Positions 25,910 through 38,779 of a stretch of DNA of 64,000 nt are shown here, piece by piece (the stretch's first letter is position 1; the number at the start of each line of letters is the position of its first letter). The notes beneath the pieces are model-generated. The model had not been told where the DNA came from and searched no databases. It was given only the letters and a program-made list of their open reading frames with translations. Origin of the DNA: Eledone cirrhosa. Taxonomy: Eukaryota. The position numbers and the translations under genes are program-made. The stretch is from the NCBI GenBank assembly GCA_964016885.1, contig OZ024766.1, positions 9,548,001-9,612,000 of the forward strand, read 5' to 3'.

Positions 25910-27716
25910 CCAACCACTTTACAGGGTGGATTGGGTGTCTTTTTGTCATGCCACCTACATGACCACTTTACAGTGTGGACTGGGTGTCTTTTTGTCATGC
26001 CACCTACATGACCACTTTACAGTATGGACTGGGTGCTTTTTGTCATGACACCTACATGACCACTTTACAGTGTGGACTGGGTGTCTTTTTGTCATGACAC
26101 CTACATGACCACTTTACAGTGTGGACTGGGTGCTTTTTGTCATGCCACCTACATGACCACTTTACAGTGTGGACTGGGTGTCTTTTTGTCATGACACCTA
26201 CATGACCACTTTACAGTGTGGACCGGGTACTTTTTGTCATGACACCTACATGACCACTTTACAGTGTGGACTGGGTGTCTTTTTGTCATGACACCTACAT
26301 GACCACTTTACAGTGTGGACTGGGTGTCTTTTTGTCATGCCACCTACATGACCACTTTACAGTGTGGACTGGGTGTCTTTTTGTCATGCCACCTACATGA
26401 CCACTTTACAGTGTGGACTGGGTGCTTTTTGTCATGACACCTACATGACCACTTTACAGTGTGGACTGGGTGTCTTTTTGTCATGACACCTACATGACCA
26501 CTTTACAGTGTGGACTGGGTGCTTTTTGTCATGCCACCTACATGACCACTTTACAGTGTGGACTGGGTGTCTTTTTGTCATGACACCTACATGACCACTT
26601 TACAGTGTGGACTGGGTGTCTTTTTATCATGCCACCTACATGACCACTTTACAGTGTGGACTGGGTGTCTTTTTGTCATGACACCTACATGACCACTTTA
26701 CAGTGTGGACTGGGTGTCTTTTTGTCATGCCACCTACATGACCACTTTACAGTGTGGACTGGGTGTCTTTTTGTCATGACACCTACATGACCACTTTACA
26801 GTGTGGACTGGGTGTCTTTTTGTCATGCCACCTACATGACCACTTTACAGTGTGGACTGGGTGTCTTTTTGTCATGACACCTACATGACCACTTTACAGT
26901 GTGGACTGGGTGTCTTTTTGTCATGACACCTACATGACCACTTTACAGTGTGGACTGGGTGTCTTTTTGTCATGACACCTACATGACCACTTTACAGTGT
27001 GGACTGGGTGCTTTTTGTCATGACACCTACATGACCACTTTACAGTGTGGACTGGGTGTCTTTTTGTCATGACACCTACATGACCACTTTACAGTGTGGA
27101 CTGGGTGTCTTTTTGTCATGACACCTACATGACCACTTTACAGTGTGGACTGGGTGCTTTTTGTCATGACACCTACATGACCACTTTACAGTGTGGACTG
27201 GGTGTCTTTTTGCCATGACACCTACATGACCACTTTACAGTGTGGACTGGGTGTCTTTTTGTCATGACACCTACATGACCACTTTACTGTGTGGACTGGG
27301 TGTCTTTTTGTCATGACACCTACATGACCACTTTACTGTGTGGACTGGGTGTCTTTTTGTCATGACACCTACATGACCACTTTACAGTGTGGACTGGGTG
27401 TCTTTTTGTCATGACACCTACATGACCACTTTACAGTGTGGACTGGGTGCTTTTTGTCATGACACCTACATGACCACTTTACAGTGTGGACTGGGTGTCT
27501 TTTTGTCGTGACACCTACATGACCACTTTACAGTGTGGACTGGGTGTCTTTTTGTCATGACACCTACATGACCACTTTACAGTGTGGACTGGGTGTCTTT
27601 TTGTCATGACACCTACATGACCACTTTACAGTGTGGACTGGGTGTCTTTTTGTTGTGACACCTACATGACCACTTTACAGTGTGGACTGGGTGCTTTTTG
27701 TCATGCCACCTACATG
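25910..27716 (+). repeat. 48/49-bp minisatellite derived from the RTE tail
   Basis: accactttacagtgtggactgggtgtctttttgtcatgacacctacatg. Confidence 0.96.
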
Positions 27717-28044
27717 AGTTCCAGTAATACAATAGGGGTGGGGTCGATTTATTCGACTCTCTCCCCTCCCAAATTGCTGGCCTTGTGCTTCAAGTAGAAA
27801 TCATTATACACCCACACCCTCCCCACCCACGTCATCCCAGCCCACTCTCACCACCCCGGGGCACCTCCCCACCATGGCCCCACCCACACCATCCCAGCCC
27901 ACTCTCACCACCCCGGGGCACCTCCCCACCATGGCCCCACCCACACCATCCCAGCCCTACTCTCACCACCCAAGGGCACCCCCCACCCCCACCCCCCGGG
28001 GGCACCTCCCCACCCACCCACCCCACCACCCCGACCTTCAGTCC

Positions 28045-28383
28045 TTAAACAATCTGTAACTTTCCAGTGGTGCAGCTGCCGGTGGTTGCGATGGCGTAGG
28101 TGTGACAGAAGCGCACGGCGAACGCTAGGGCGACTGTGGCACCCAGGTAGACGGCGTAGGGCAGGGGAGGGGTGACGCCGAAGGGCCAGATCCAGAGGCC
28201 GTGGCGGTTGGCGTCCCTGAGATGGTGCGACAGCCAGGCGGTGGTGAACAGGAGACTCAGCTTGAAGCAGTGGCAGGTGTATCGAGAATGGAAGAGGTAG
28301 GAGAGGAAGACAGCTGATATCACTATGGCAGGGATCAATGTTGTACAATGGAATATTGGCCTCGAGCTCAGGTGGAGGGCATT
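28045..28383 (-). CDS. TMEM267: TMEM267 copy A, coding exon 2
   Basis: tttccag| acceptor; RPIFHCTT and WLSHHLRDANRHGLWIWPFG match TMEM267 RPFLHCST and [20 protein letters not shown]; TAA at 28045. Confidence 0.93.
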   Translation of the reverse strand, partial: NALHLSSRPIFHCTTLIPAIVISAVFLSYLFHSRYTCHCFKLSLLFTTAWLSHHLRDANRHGLWIWPFGVTPPLPYAVYLGATVALAFAVRFCHTYAIATTGSCTTGKLQIV

Positions 28384-28419
28384 CTGGAAAGATAGAGAAG
28401 GGAAAAACATAGATAGATA

Positions 28420-29316
28420 GGTTTCTTTATTAGTCACAGGGGCACAACAAGAAAAGGGGACAATACAAAGACATGCTGGGGATTTTACATACAGTCGTGT
28501 AAAAAATATAAAAACAAACAATTACAACAATCGAAATCCCCAATAGGGGGGGGGGCATCACAAATGGGTTGTTTAATACCCCGTCGATAGAACAACCCTC
28601 AACTCAAGGAGCGTGTTGTGCAAGTGCTCCTTTCTTCCTTTTATCTCTTCCTCAACCTACAGGTTTATAAACAGAGAAGGCCCAATCACTCGGGCCATTT
28701 TTGCCACATTCACCCACCTTTCAGTAAATTTACTGGGGTGCAGTGCCTCTCTCTCCACCCTGATTCTCCTTCTAAAGTGATACTTAAAGAAGGGAATCAA
28801 TTGTTGTCCGGAGAGAAAGGCATCTGTCCTCAGTCCTCTCAATCTCCTCCACCATATAACCTCTTTCGCCATGGCCACCGTACAGAGGAAAACCGCCTCT
28901 CTTTCGTTTTTGAAAGAGGCTGGCGGTTTGATCCTTACTATGGACTCGGCAGTCAACTGTATTTGTCCCATACGCGACAGCAGTTGTTCTGCATAGTTCC
29001 ACAGGTCGCTTACGCCCGGGCAGTGTACAATTGCGTGCAGAACTGTTTCAATGTCCTGCGCACATCTTGGACACGTCCTCTTGGAAGGATCCCTGCCAGG
29101 GCGTCCGTGCCTGTAGATCTTGTCACGAACCGGTAGAGCTCCTCGGTAGCACTGCCAGGCCAGGGACCTCTGGAAGTTGTCCATAGGTCCCGGGCGGAAA
29201 GTCCTACCAAACATACTGGTGAGCTCATCGTCTTCGACTCCCAGAGTCTCTCCGAGCACGTCGTCGCCCTTGTAACGTACAATCCCTCTATAGAATGTCG
29301 AAGTGGAGTCTCCACA
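28420..29316 (-). mobile_element. L1/Tx1-like LINE ORF2 3' fragment (CCHC zinc knuckle) with tail; paralog at 58537-59423
   Basis: WQCYRGALPV...CPRCAQDIETVLHAIVHCP; tail AATAAAGAAA followed by (CTAT)n. Confidence 0.85.
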
Positions 29317-29339
29317 GATAGATAGATAGATAGATATGT

Positions 29340-31481
29340 TTCTTTATTAGCCACAGGGGCACAAAAGAAGGGGACAAATACAAAGGGGGAAGTTTACATA
29401 CAATAAAAACGTGTAAAATGTTATCACAGATGGAATTTAAAAGTTAGTCGATTTTCCCCAATAGGGGGAGACAGTTCATATGGGTAACACATACGCCCGA
29501 AAAAAATGTGCAACCCTCATCTCCAGGAGTACGAAGAGTTTGTACTCCTTTCCTCTCCTCCTTTTCCTCAACCTACAGGCTGATATAGAGAGAAGGCCCA
29601 TTCACTCGGGCCATTCTCGCCACTTTCACCCACCTTTCATAAAACTTGCTGGGGTACAGCACCTCTCTCTCCATCCTGATTCTTCTTCCAAAGTGGTATT
29701 TGAAAAAAAGAATCAGTTGTTGGCCGGAGAGAAAGGTGTCTGACCTCAGCCCTTTCAACCTTGTCCACCATACAACCTCTTTCGCCATAGCTATCACAAA
29801 AAGGAAAACCGCCTCTCCTTCGTTTTTGAAGGAGGGTGGCGGTTTGATCATGACAATGGACTCCGTGGTCAACTGGATTGGTCCCACCCGCGACAATAGT
29901 CGTTCTACATAGCCCCACAGGTCAGTGACGCCCGGGCAGTGTATGAATGCGTGCGCGACGGTTTCTTCGTCTCGCACGCACCTCGGACAGTACAAAGAAC
30001 AGATAGATAGATAAATAGATAGATATATTTCTTTATTTACCATAAAGGCATAAAAAGAAGGGACAAATACAAAGGGGGAGTTTACATACAATCGAGTAAA
30101 AAGGGTGTAACATGAAAATAATCGAAAATAACCTCAAAAGGGAGGGGACGTGATGGGGGTTGCACACACCCCCGAAAAAGTGTGCAATCCTTTGCCCGGG
30201 GAGCACATGAAGAAGGTGCTCCCCTCTCCTTTACTTCTTTACCTACAGGATGGTATACAGAGAAAGCCCATTTACACGAGCCATTCTCGCCACTATCACC
30301 CACCTTTCATAAAACTGCCTGTGGCCAAGCACCTCTCTCTCCATTCTTATCCTTCTGTAGCGGTTGTCTCCCTTGTTTTGATTGGGATCTAGACGGGAGG
30401 TGGAACCCTTTCTCAAACTTCCGGTCAGAGCCCTATAAAACTAACAACTTTAAACTTCCTCCCTCTCTTTGCCTTTTCGGCACCAGGTCGAAGAGTCTTC
30501 TCATTTGGCTCTGCCATTAATTTGGCCAACAGGCGCCTGGCCTTAGCCAGGCGCCCTCTGCCAGCCGCGTTTGCCTGGCATTCAAAACGGTAACTACTAA
30601 CTTTGTTTCATTCTAACATCTATCTTTGACATGTCAAGTATTCTATCTACCGTTAATTAAATATTATTTACACAAACATTGTCTCGTTTTGTTACATTCA
30701 TACAGCCAGTATTCTCGCTATACTTCTTCCGAAGTGATATCGGAAGATAGACTGGTTGAGAGATAGCTAGCTAGAAAGATTGATTGATATATAGAGACAG
30801 ATATACATATTGATAGATATGTAGATAGATAGATTTCTTTATTAGCCACAAGGGCGCAACAAGAAAGGGGACAATACAAAGACATGCCGGGGATTTTACA
30901 TACAGTCGTGTAAAAAATATAAAAACAAACAATTTAGATAGGTAGATAGATATATTTCTTTATTAGCCACAGGGGCACAAAAGAAGGGGACAAATACAAA
31001 GGGGGAAGTTTACATACAATAAAAACGTGTAAAATGTTATCACAGATGGAATTTAAAAGTTAGTCGATTTTCCCCAATAGAGGGAGACAGTTTATATGGG
31101 TAACACATACGCCCGAAAAAAATGTGCAACCCTCATCTCCAGGAGTACGAAGAGTTTGTACTCCTTTCCTCTCCTCCTTTTCCTCAACCTACAGGCTGAT
31201 ATAGAGAGAAGGCCCATTCACTCGGGCCATTCTCGCCACTTTCACCCACCTTTCATAAAACTTGCTGGGGTACAGCACCTCTCTCTCCATCCTGACTCTT
31301 CTTCCAAAGTGGTATTTGAAAAAAAGAATCAGTTGTTGGCCAGAGAGAAAGGTGTCTGACCTCAGCCCTTTCAACCTTGTCCCCCATACAACCTCTTTCG
31401 CCATAGCTATCACACAAAGCAAAACCACCTCTCCTTCGTTTTTGAAGGAGGGTGGCGGTTTGATCATGACAATGGACTCGG
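29340..31481 (-). mobile_element. Stack of further L1/Tx1-like 3' fragments (29340-29995, 30028-30760, 30835-30935, 30955-31481) separated by (GATA)n
   Basis: Repeated MAKEVVWWTRLKGL...FKYHFGRRIRMEREVL...ERWVKVARMARV segments and tails. Confidence 0.82.
30356..30722 (+). mobile_element. Solo LTR (Gypsy-like) inserted in a Tx1-like LINE
   Basis: Termini TGTAGCG...CGCTATA, 4-bp TSD CTTC, TATAAAA at ~30434, ATTAAA at ~30656; the flanks rejoin to YHFGRR|IRMEREVL. Confidence 0.8.
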
Positions 31482-31494
31482 AGATAGATATATA

Positions 31495-31900
31495 ATCAGC
31501 ATCATCATCTATTGGCTTTATATAACTGCACATGCTCTGTTGGATGTGCAATGTCAATGTACGTGAATGACCAAGCATGGATGAGTTGAGAGAGAAACTG
31601 TGTTTAAGAGGGGTAAGCTGTAGTGTGTGGGAGAGAAGACTGAGATGGTATGGACATGTGATGCACATGGAGGATGACCGCTGGGTAAAGAAGTGCCAAG
31701 AAATCTCAGTAGAAGGAAGATGCAGTAGTGGAAGGCGACGAAAAACATGGGTGGAGGTGGTGAGAGCAGACCTCACATCACAGGAGCTCACAGAGGAGAT
31801 AACGAAGGACCGTGACAAGTGGAGAGATGCTGTGTTGAAGAGGACCTGTCCCATCCTTGCAAGCAGGGAAAAGTGGATGTAAAATGATGATGATGATGAC
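31495..31900 (+). mobile_element. RTE LINE 3' fragment (truncated paralog at 59440-59693)
   Basis: ERRLRWYGHVMHMEDDRWVKKCQ...GRRRKTWVEVV; (GAT)n tail. Confidence 0.85.
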
Positions 31901-31924
31901 ATTCCCCATGAGGTCAAGCGAAAC

Positions 31925-34428
31925 CTCCAGTCCACACTGTGGTCCTGTAGGTGACACAACAAAAAGCACCCCGTCCACACTGTGGTCCTGTAGGTGACAC
32001 AACAAAAAGTACCCAGTCCACACCGTAAAGTGGTCATGTAGGTGTCCTGACAAAAAGACACCCAGTCCACACTGTAAAGTGGTCATGTAGGTGTCACGAC
32101 AAAAAGTACCCAGTCCCCACTGTAAAGTGGTTGTGTAGGTGTCACAACAAAAAGTACCCAGTCCCCACTGTAAAGTGGTCATGTAGGTGTCATGACAAAA
32201 AAAGTACCCAGTCCACACTGTAAAGTGGTCATGTAGGTGTCACGACAAAAAGTACCCAGTCCACACTGTAAAGTGGTTGTGTAGGTGTCACAACAAAAAG
32301 TACCCAGTCCACACTGTAAAGTGGTCATGTAGGTGTCATGACAAAAAAAGTACCCAGTCCACACTGTAAAGTGGTCATGTAGGTGTCATGACAAAAAGCA
32401 CCCAGTCCACACTGTAAAGTGGTCATGTAGGTGTCATGACAAAAACCACCCAGTCCACACTGTAAAGTGGTCATGTAGGTGTCACGACAAAAAGTACCCA
32501 GTCCACACAGTAAAGTGGTCATGTAGGTGTCATGACAAAAACCACCCAGTCCACACTGTAAAGTGGTCATGTAGGTGTCACGACAAAAAGTACCCAGTCC
32601 ACTCTGTAAAGTGGTCATGTAGGTGTCACGACAAAAAGTACCCAGTCCACACTGTAAAGTGGTCATGTAGGTGTCACAACAAAAAACACCCAGTCCACAC
32701 TGTAAAGTGGTCATGTAGGTGTCACGACAAAAAGTACCCAGTCCACACTGTAAAGTGATCATGTAGGTGTCACGACAAAAAACACCCAGTCCACACTGTA
32801 AAGTGGTCATGTAGGTGTCACAACAAAAAGACACCCAGTCCACACTGTAAAGTGGTCTTGTAGGTGTCACAACAAAAAGCACCCAGTCCACACTGTAAAG
32901 TGGTCATGTAGGTGTCAAAAAAAGTACCCAGTCCACACTGTAAAGTGGTCATGTTGGTGTCACAACAAAAAGTACCCAGTCCACACTGTAAAGTGGTCAT
33001 GTAGGTGTTACGACAAAAAGTACCCAGTCCACACTGTAAAGTGGTCATGTAGGTGTCACAACAAAAAGCACCCAGTCCACACTGTAAAGTGGTCATGTAG
33101 GTGTCAAAAAAAGTACCCAGTCCACACTGTAAAGTGGTCATGTAGGTGTCACGACAAAAAGACACCCAGTCCACACTGTAAAGTGGTCATGTAGGTGTCA
33201 TGACAAAAAGCACCCAGTCCACACTGTAAAGTGGTCATGTAGGTGTCACAACAAAAAGCACCCAGTCCACACTGTAAAGTGGTCATGTAGGTGTCAAAAA
33301 AAGTACCCAGTCCACACTGTAAAGTGGTCATGTAGGTGTCTAAACAAAAAGATACCCAGTCCACACTGTAAAGTGGTCATGTAGGTGTCACGACAAAAAG
33401 ACACCCAGTCCACACTGTAAAGTGGTCATGTAGGTGTCTTGACAAAAAGACACCCAGTCCACACTGTAAAGTGGTCATGTTGGTGTCAAAATAAAAAGTA
33501 CCCAGTTAACACCGTAAAGTGGTCATGTAGGTGACACAACAAAAAGACACCCAGTCCACACTGTAAAGTGGTCATGTAGGTGTCATGACAATAACCACCC
33601 AGTTAACACTGTAAAGTGGTCATGTAGGTGTCACAACAAAAAGACACCCAGTCCACACTGTAAAGTGGTCATGTAGGTGTCACAACAAAAAACACCCAGT
33701 CCACACTGTAAAGTGGTTGTGTAGGTGTCACAACAAAAAGTACCCAGTCCACACTGTAAAGTGGTCATGTAGGTGTCACAACAAAAAGTACCCAGTCCAC
33801 ACTGTAAAGTGGTCATGTAGGTGTCACAACAAAAAGACACCCAGTCCACACTGTAAAGTGGTCATGTAGGTGTCACAACAAAAAGACACCCAGTCCACAC
33901 CGTAAAGTGGTCATGTAGGTGTCACAACAAAAAGTACCCTGTCCACACTGTAAAGTGGTCATGTAGGTGTCACAACAAAAAGTACCCTGTCCACACTGTA
34001 AAGTGGTTGTGTAGGTGTCACAACAAAAAGTACCCAGTCCCCACTGTAAAGTGGTCATGTAGGTGTCATGACAAAAACCACCCAGTCCACACTGTAAAGT
34101 GGTCATGTAGGTGTCACAACAAAAAGCACCCAGTCCACACTGTAAAGTGGTCATGTAGGTGTCAAAAAGAGTACCCAGTCCACACTGTAAAGTGGTCATG
34201 TAGGTGTCAAAAAAAGTACCCAGTCCACACTGTAAAGTGGTCATGTAGGTGTCTCAACAAAAAGATACCCAGTCCACACTGTAAAGTGGTCATGTAGGTG
34301 TCACAACAAAAACCACCCAGTCCACACTGTAAAGTGGTCATGTAGGTGTCACAACAAAAAGTACCCAGTCCACACAGTAAAGTGGTCATGTAGGTGTCAC
34401 GACAAAAAGTACCCAGTACACACTGTAA
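31925..34428 (-). repeat. 46-49-bp minisatellite, same family as 25910-27716 in inverted orientation
   Basis: cccagtccacactgtaaagtggtcatgtaggtgtca. Confidence 0.96.
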
Positions 34429-34435
34429 AAATATG

Positions 34436-34497
34436 TTTTATTATATATATTTCGAAGCTACTGTGCTGTTTTTTCAGTACGTCCTCGTCAGATAAAA
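34436..34497 (-). ncRNA. Type I hammerhead ribozyme motif (sense in TMEM267-A intron)
   Basis: Minus strand: ttttat CTGACGA ggacgtac...gtagcttc GAAA tatatata ataaaa. Confidence 0.72.
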
Positions 34498-34547
34498 TAC
34501 ATGAATTGATGTATGACATACCTGAACTGTCTTGATAGTTCAATCCA

Positions 34548-34601
<54 letters not shown>

Positions 34602-35019
34602 AAGGCGGGTAAAATTGTCGAGATCGATGGACGAGTTCTCTCCAGCGGTCTCTGTCCCTCATTATCGCTGCCATGTCCTGCGTCTCCAACAGACCAGTGT
34701 CTGTCCTTAGGGCATCAACATACGTTAACCTTGGTCTTCCTCCTCTAGTGTGTTCATGTAGGGGCTCCCACAGGAGCACTGAGTGCAATAGACACTGACC
34801 AAGAAAGTCACTCAGATGGTGGATGGGTGCTATACATATATATATATATATATATGGAAACTATATTTATAAAACCATATAGTAGGCATCTCTAACAAAA
34901 CACACCCCCGTCCCACCCCACCCCATCCACACCGCCCCTTTCAATGTAAAGTTATGTTGGTGCCACAACATCCAGGCCGAAACAAATGAGATCGTGTAGG
35001 TGTCACGACAAAAAAACAC

Positions 35020-36255
35020 ACAGTCCACGCTGTAATGTGGCCGTGTAGGCAACACGGTAAAAACCTCCCATCCCCACACTGTAAATGTGGTTGGTGTTAG
35101 GAAGGGCATCCAGCTGTAGAAAACCCGCCAGACAGTCCACGCTGTAATGTGGCCGTGTAGGCAACACGGTAAAAACCTCCCAGCCCCACACTGTAAATGT
35201 GGTTGGTGTTAGGAAGGGCATCCAGCTGTAGAAAACCCGCCAGACAGTCCACGCTGTAATGTGGCCGTGTAGGCAACACGGTAAAAACCTCCCAGCCCCA
35301 CACTGTAAATGTGGTTGGTGTTAGGAAGGGCATCCAGCTGTAGAAAACCCGCCAGACAGTCCACGCTGTAATGTGGCCGTGTAGGCAACACGGTAAAAAC
35401 CTCCCAGCCCCACGCTGTAAATGTGGTTGGTGTTAGGAAGGGCATCCAGCTGTAGAAAACCCGCCAGACAGTCCACGCTGTAATGTGGCCGTGTAGGCAA
35501 CACGGTAAAAACCTCCCAGTCCCACACTGTAAATGTGGTTGGTGTTAGGAAGGGCATCCAGCTGTAGAAAACCCGCCAGACAGTCCACGCTGTAATGTGG
35601 CCGTGTAGGCAACACGGTAAAAACCTCCCAGTCCCACACTGTAAATGTGGTTGGTGTTAGGAAGGGCATCCAGCTGTAGAAAACCCGCCAGACAGTCCAC
35701 GCTGTAATGTGGCCGTGTAGGCAACACGGTAAAAACCTCCCAGTCCCACACTGTAAATGTGGTTGGTGTTAGGAAGGGCATCCAGCTGTAGAAAACCCGC
35801 CAGACAGTCCACGCTGTAATGTGGCCGTGTAGGCAACACGGTAAAAACCTCCCAGCCCCACACTGTAAATGTGGTTGGTGTTAGGAAGGGCATCCAGCTG
35901 TAGAAAACCCGCCAGACAGTCCACGCTGTAATGTGGCCGTGTAGGCAACACAGTAAATACCTCCCAGCCCCACACTGTAAATGTGGTTGGTGTTAGGAAG
36001 GGCATCCAGCTGTAGAAAACCCGCCAGACAGTCCACGCTGTAATGTGGCCGTGTAGGCAACACGGTAAAAACCTCCCAGTCCCACACTGTAAATGTGGTT
36101 GGTGTTAGGAAGGGCATCCAGCTGTAGAAAACCCGCCAGACAGTCCACGCTGTAATGTGGCCGTGTAGGCAACATGGTAAAAACCTCCCAGCCCCACACT
36201 GTAAATGTGGTTGGTGTTAGGAAGGGCATCCAGCTGTAGAAAACCTGCCAGACAG
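35020..36255 (+). repeat. 112-bp minisatellite, ~11 units, in an RTE 3' UTR (element 34880-36352)
   Basis: ORF starts spaced 112 bp; reverse complement of 20955-21065. Confidence 0.95.
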
Positions 36256-36356
36256 TTCTATGCGAGCAAGACAACCACTCTTGCCTCAAGTGGGAAAACT
36301 CCCGTCCAAACCCATGCAAGCGTGGAACATAGACGTTAAACGATGATGATGATATA

Positions 36357-36417
36357 TATTCTATTATATATATTTCAAGGGTACCAAAATTTTGGTACGC
36401 ACTCATCAGATAAAATA
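36357..36417 (-). ncRNA. Type I hammerhead ribozyme motif (sense in TMEM267-A intron)
   Basis: Minus strand: tattttat CTGATGA gtgcgtaccaaa-at-tttggtacccttGAAA tatatata atagaata; base of stem II imperfect. Confidence 0.68.
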
Positions 36418-37374
36418 CAAAGTTTGTTTTATAAATATTTGACATATCCGAGTATAATATACCTTAACGATTTAAGTTATCTCTGGAAAGTATATATGTA
36501 TGTAAATAACTCAGGGTTAGTTAGTCAGACTCAAAAATCGGTGTCCCGGAAAACTTTACTAGTGATACAGGCACACACGTGTCTGTGTGTCTGTATCACT
36601 ATATATATACACACACACACATATATATTATATAATGTGTGTGTGTGACGTGCCTGTGTGTCTGTATCACTATATATATACACACACACATATATATTAT
36701 ATAATATATGTGTGTGACGTGCCTGTGTGTCTATATCACTATATATATACACACACACATATATTATATATGTGTGTGACATGCCTGTGTGTCTGTATCA
36801 CTATATATATATATATAATTTATTATATATGTGTGTGTATATATATATAGTGATACAGACACACAGGCACGTCACACACATATATAATATAATATATATG
36901 TATGTGTGTATGTATATATATATATATATATATGTATACGTGTGTGTATGCAAAAAAAACTAAATAAAAATAACAAAGGAAACGACTCATTGCAAAGGTA
37001 TTTATTTAACCCTTTTCAGAGGAATATATATATATATATATATATATTTACGCTTGTCACAGTAAGTAAAAGTGTATATATATACAGTAAGTAAAAGTGT
37101 ATATATATATATACAGTAAAAGTGTATATATATATATATATATATATATTTACGCTTGACACTAAGTAAAAGTGTATATATATATATATATTTACGCTTG
37201 ACACTGTAAGTAAAAGTGTATATATATATATACAGTAAGTAAAAGTGTATATATATATATATATATACAGTAAGTAAAAGTGTATATATATATATATATA
37301 CAGTAAGTAAAAGTGTATATATATATATATATACAGTAAGTAAAAGTGTATATATATATATACAGTAAGTAAAA

Positions 37375-37410
<36 letters not shown>

Positions 37411-37719
37411 TAAGTAAAAGTATATATATATATATATATATATAATACAGTAAGTAAAAGTATATATATATATACATTTTTACTTACAGTGTCAAGCGTA
37501 AATTTATATATATATATATAGGTATTAATAAAATAGATGTTCTTTTATTAATAGTTATATTTTAATATTAACTTAACTCCAGAACATTTTTTAATCGTTG
37601 AGTGCTTCCAGTCTACTGTAAAACTCATTCTTTGACATAATTATTCAATATTGTTTAACACTTTAATATATATATATATATATAAAGTATGAGAAATGAA
37701 ATTTCGTTTCATTTTTTCC

Positions 37720-37756
<37 letters not shown>

Positions 37757-37885
37757 TGTATGTATATATATATGTATATATATATATATATATATGTGTA
37801 TATATTGACTGAGACGCCCAAGTATTTGAGACATAACTTTATAATTTTATAAACACATGTATGTGTATATATATCGACACAACTA

Positions 37886-37927
<42 letters not shown>

Positions 37928-38108
37928 TAGTTGTGTCGATATATATACACATACATATATATATATATTTCTGGACAGAAATAGCCGTCGAAACGGCTTG
38001 AGCTCTGCCGTCGGGGTGATACTTTCTCCTATTACCCACTCTACTACCCTAAGTATTGAGTACTCTGATGCGTTATGGTCCATCTGGTTCCTTACCACAC
38101 TTCCTTCG

Positions 38109-38165
<57 letters not shown>

Positions 38166-38170
38166 CATAC

Positions 38171-38211
<41 letters not shown>

Positions 38212-38216
38212 CATAC

Positions 38217-38257
<41 letters not shown>

Positions 38258-38265
38258 CATACCTT

Positions 38266-38307
<42 letters not shown>

Positions 38308-38336
38308 CCTATATATCTCAGGGTATGTCATGTATC

Positions 38337-38399
38337 ATTATATTTTGTCTGATGAGGACGTACTGTTGTACCTCCGAAATATGTATAATAAAATGTAAT
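38337..38399 (+). ncRNA. Type I hammerhead ribozyme motif (Penelope-like element type)
   Basis: Stem I attatattttgt/ataaaatgtaat (12 bp incl. 2 GU), CTGATGA, stem II ggacgtac-tgtt-gtacctcc, GAAA, tatgtata with AUA cleavage triplet. Confidence 0.8.
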
Positions 38400-38587
38400 T
38401 GATCAAAAGAACATCTATTTTATTAATATTTGTATTCAGAAGATCCCGTTAAGGGTGAAAGCAGCGATTCTTTGCTTAAACTTTAATCTGTTATTTTAAT
38501 AAATATTTGCTCTAGGGTTCTTATATATTTGATATATATTTATCCTTATCGAGCCCTCTTTGGATTTTAGTCTTCAAATTTTATTAT

Positions 38588-38625
<38 letters not shown>

Positions 38626-38747
38626 TAAAATAACAGATTCTTTAATAAATATTTGCTCTAGGGTTCTTATATATTTGATATATATTTTCCTTATCGAGCC
38701 CTCTTTGGATTTTAGTCTTCAAATTTTATTATTACTATATATATATA

Positions 38748-38779
<32 letters not shown>

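Noticed and set aside
27905-28348. Alternative-frame Arg/Pro-rich ORF over TMEM267 exon 2
   Set aside because: By-product of GC-rich codon usage; terminates differently in copy B.
25910-34428. CRISPR-like regular arrays
   Set aside because: Head-to-tail units with no unique spacers, no cas genes, eukaryotic context; the units derive from RTE tails.
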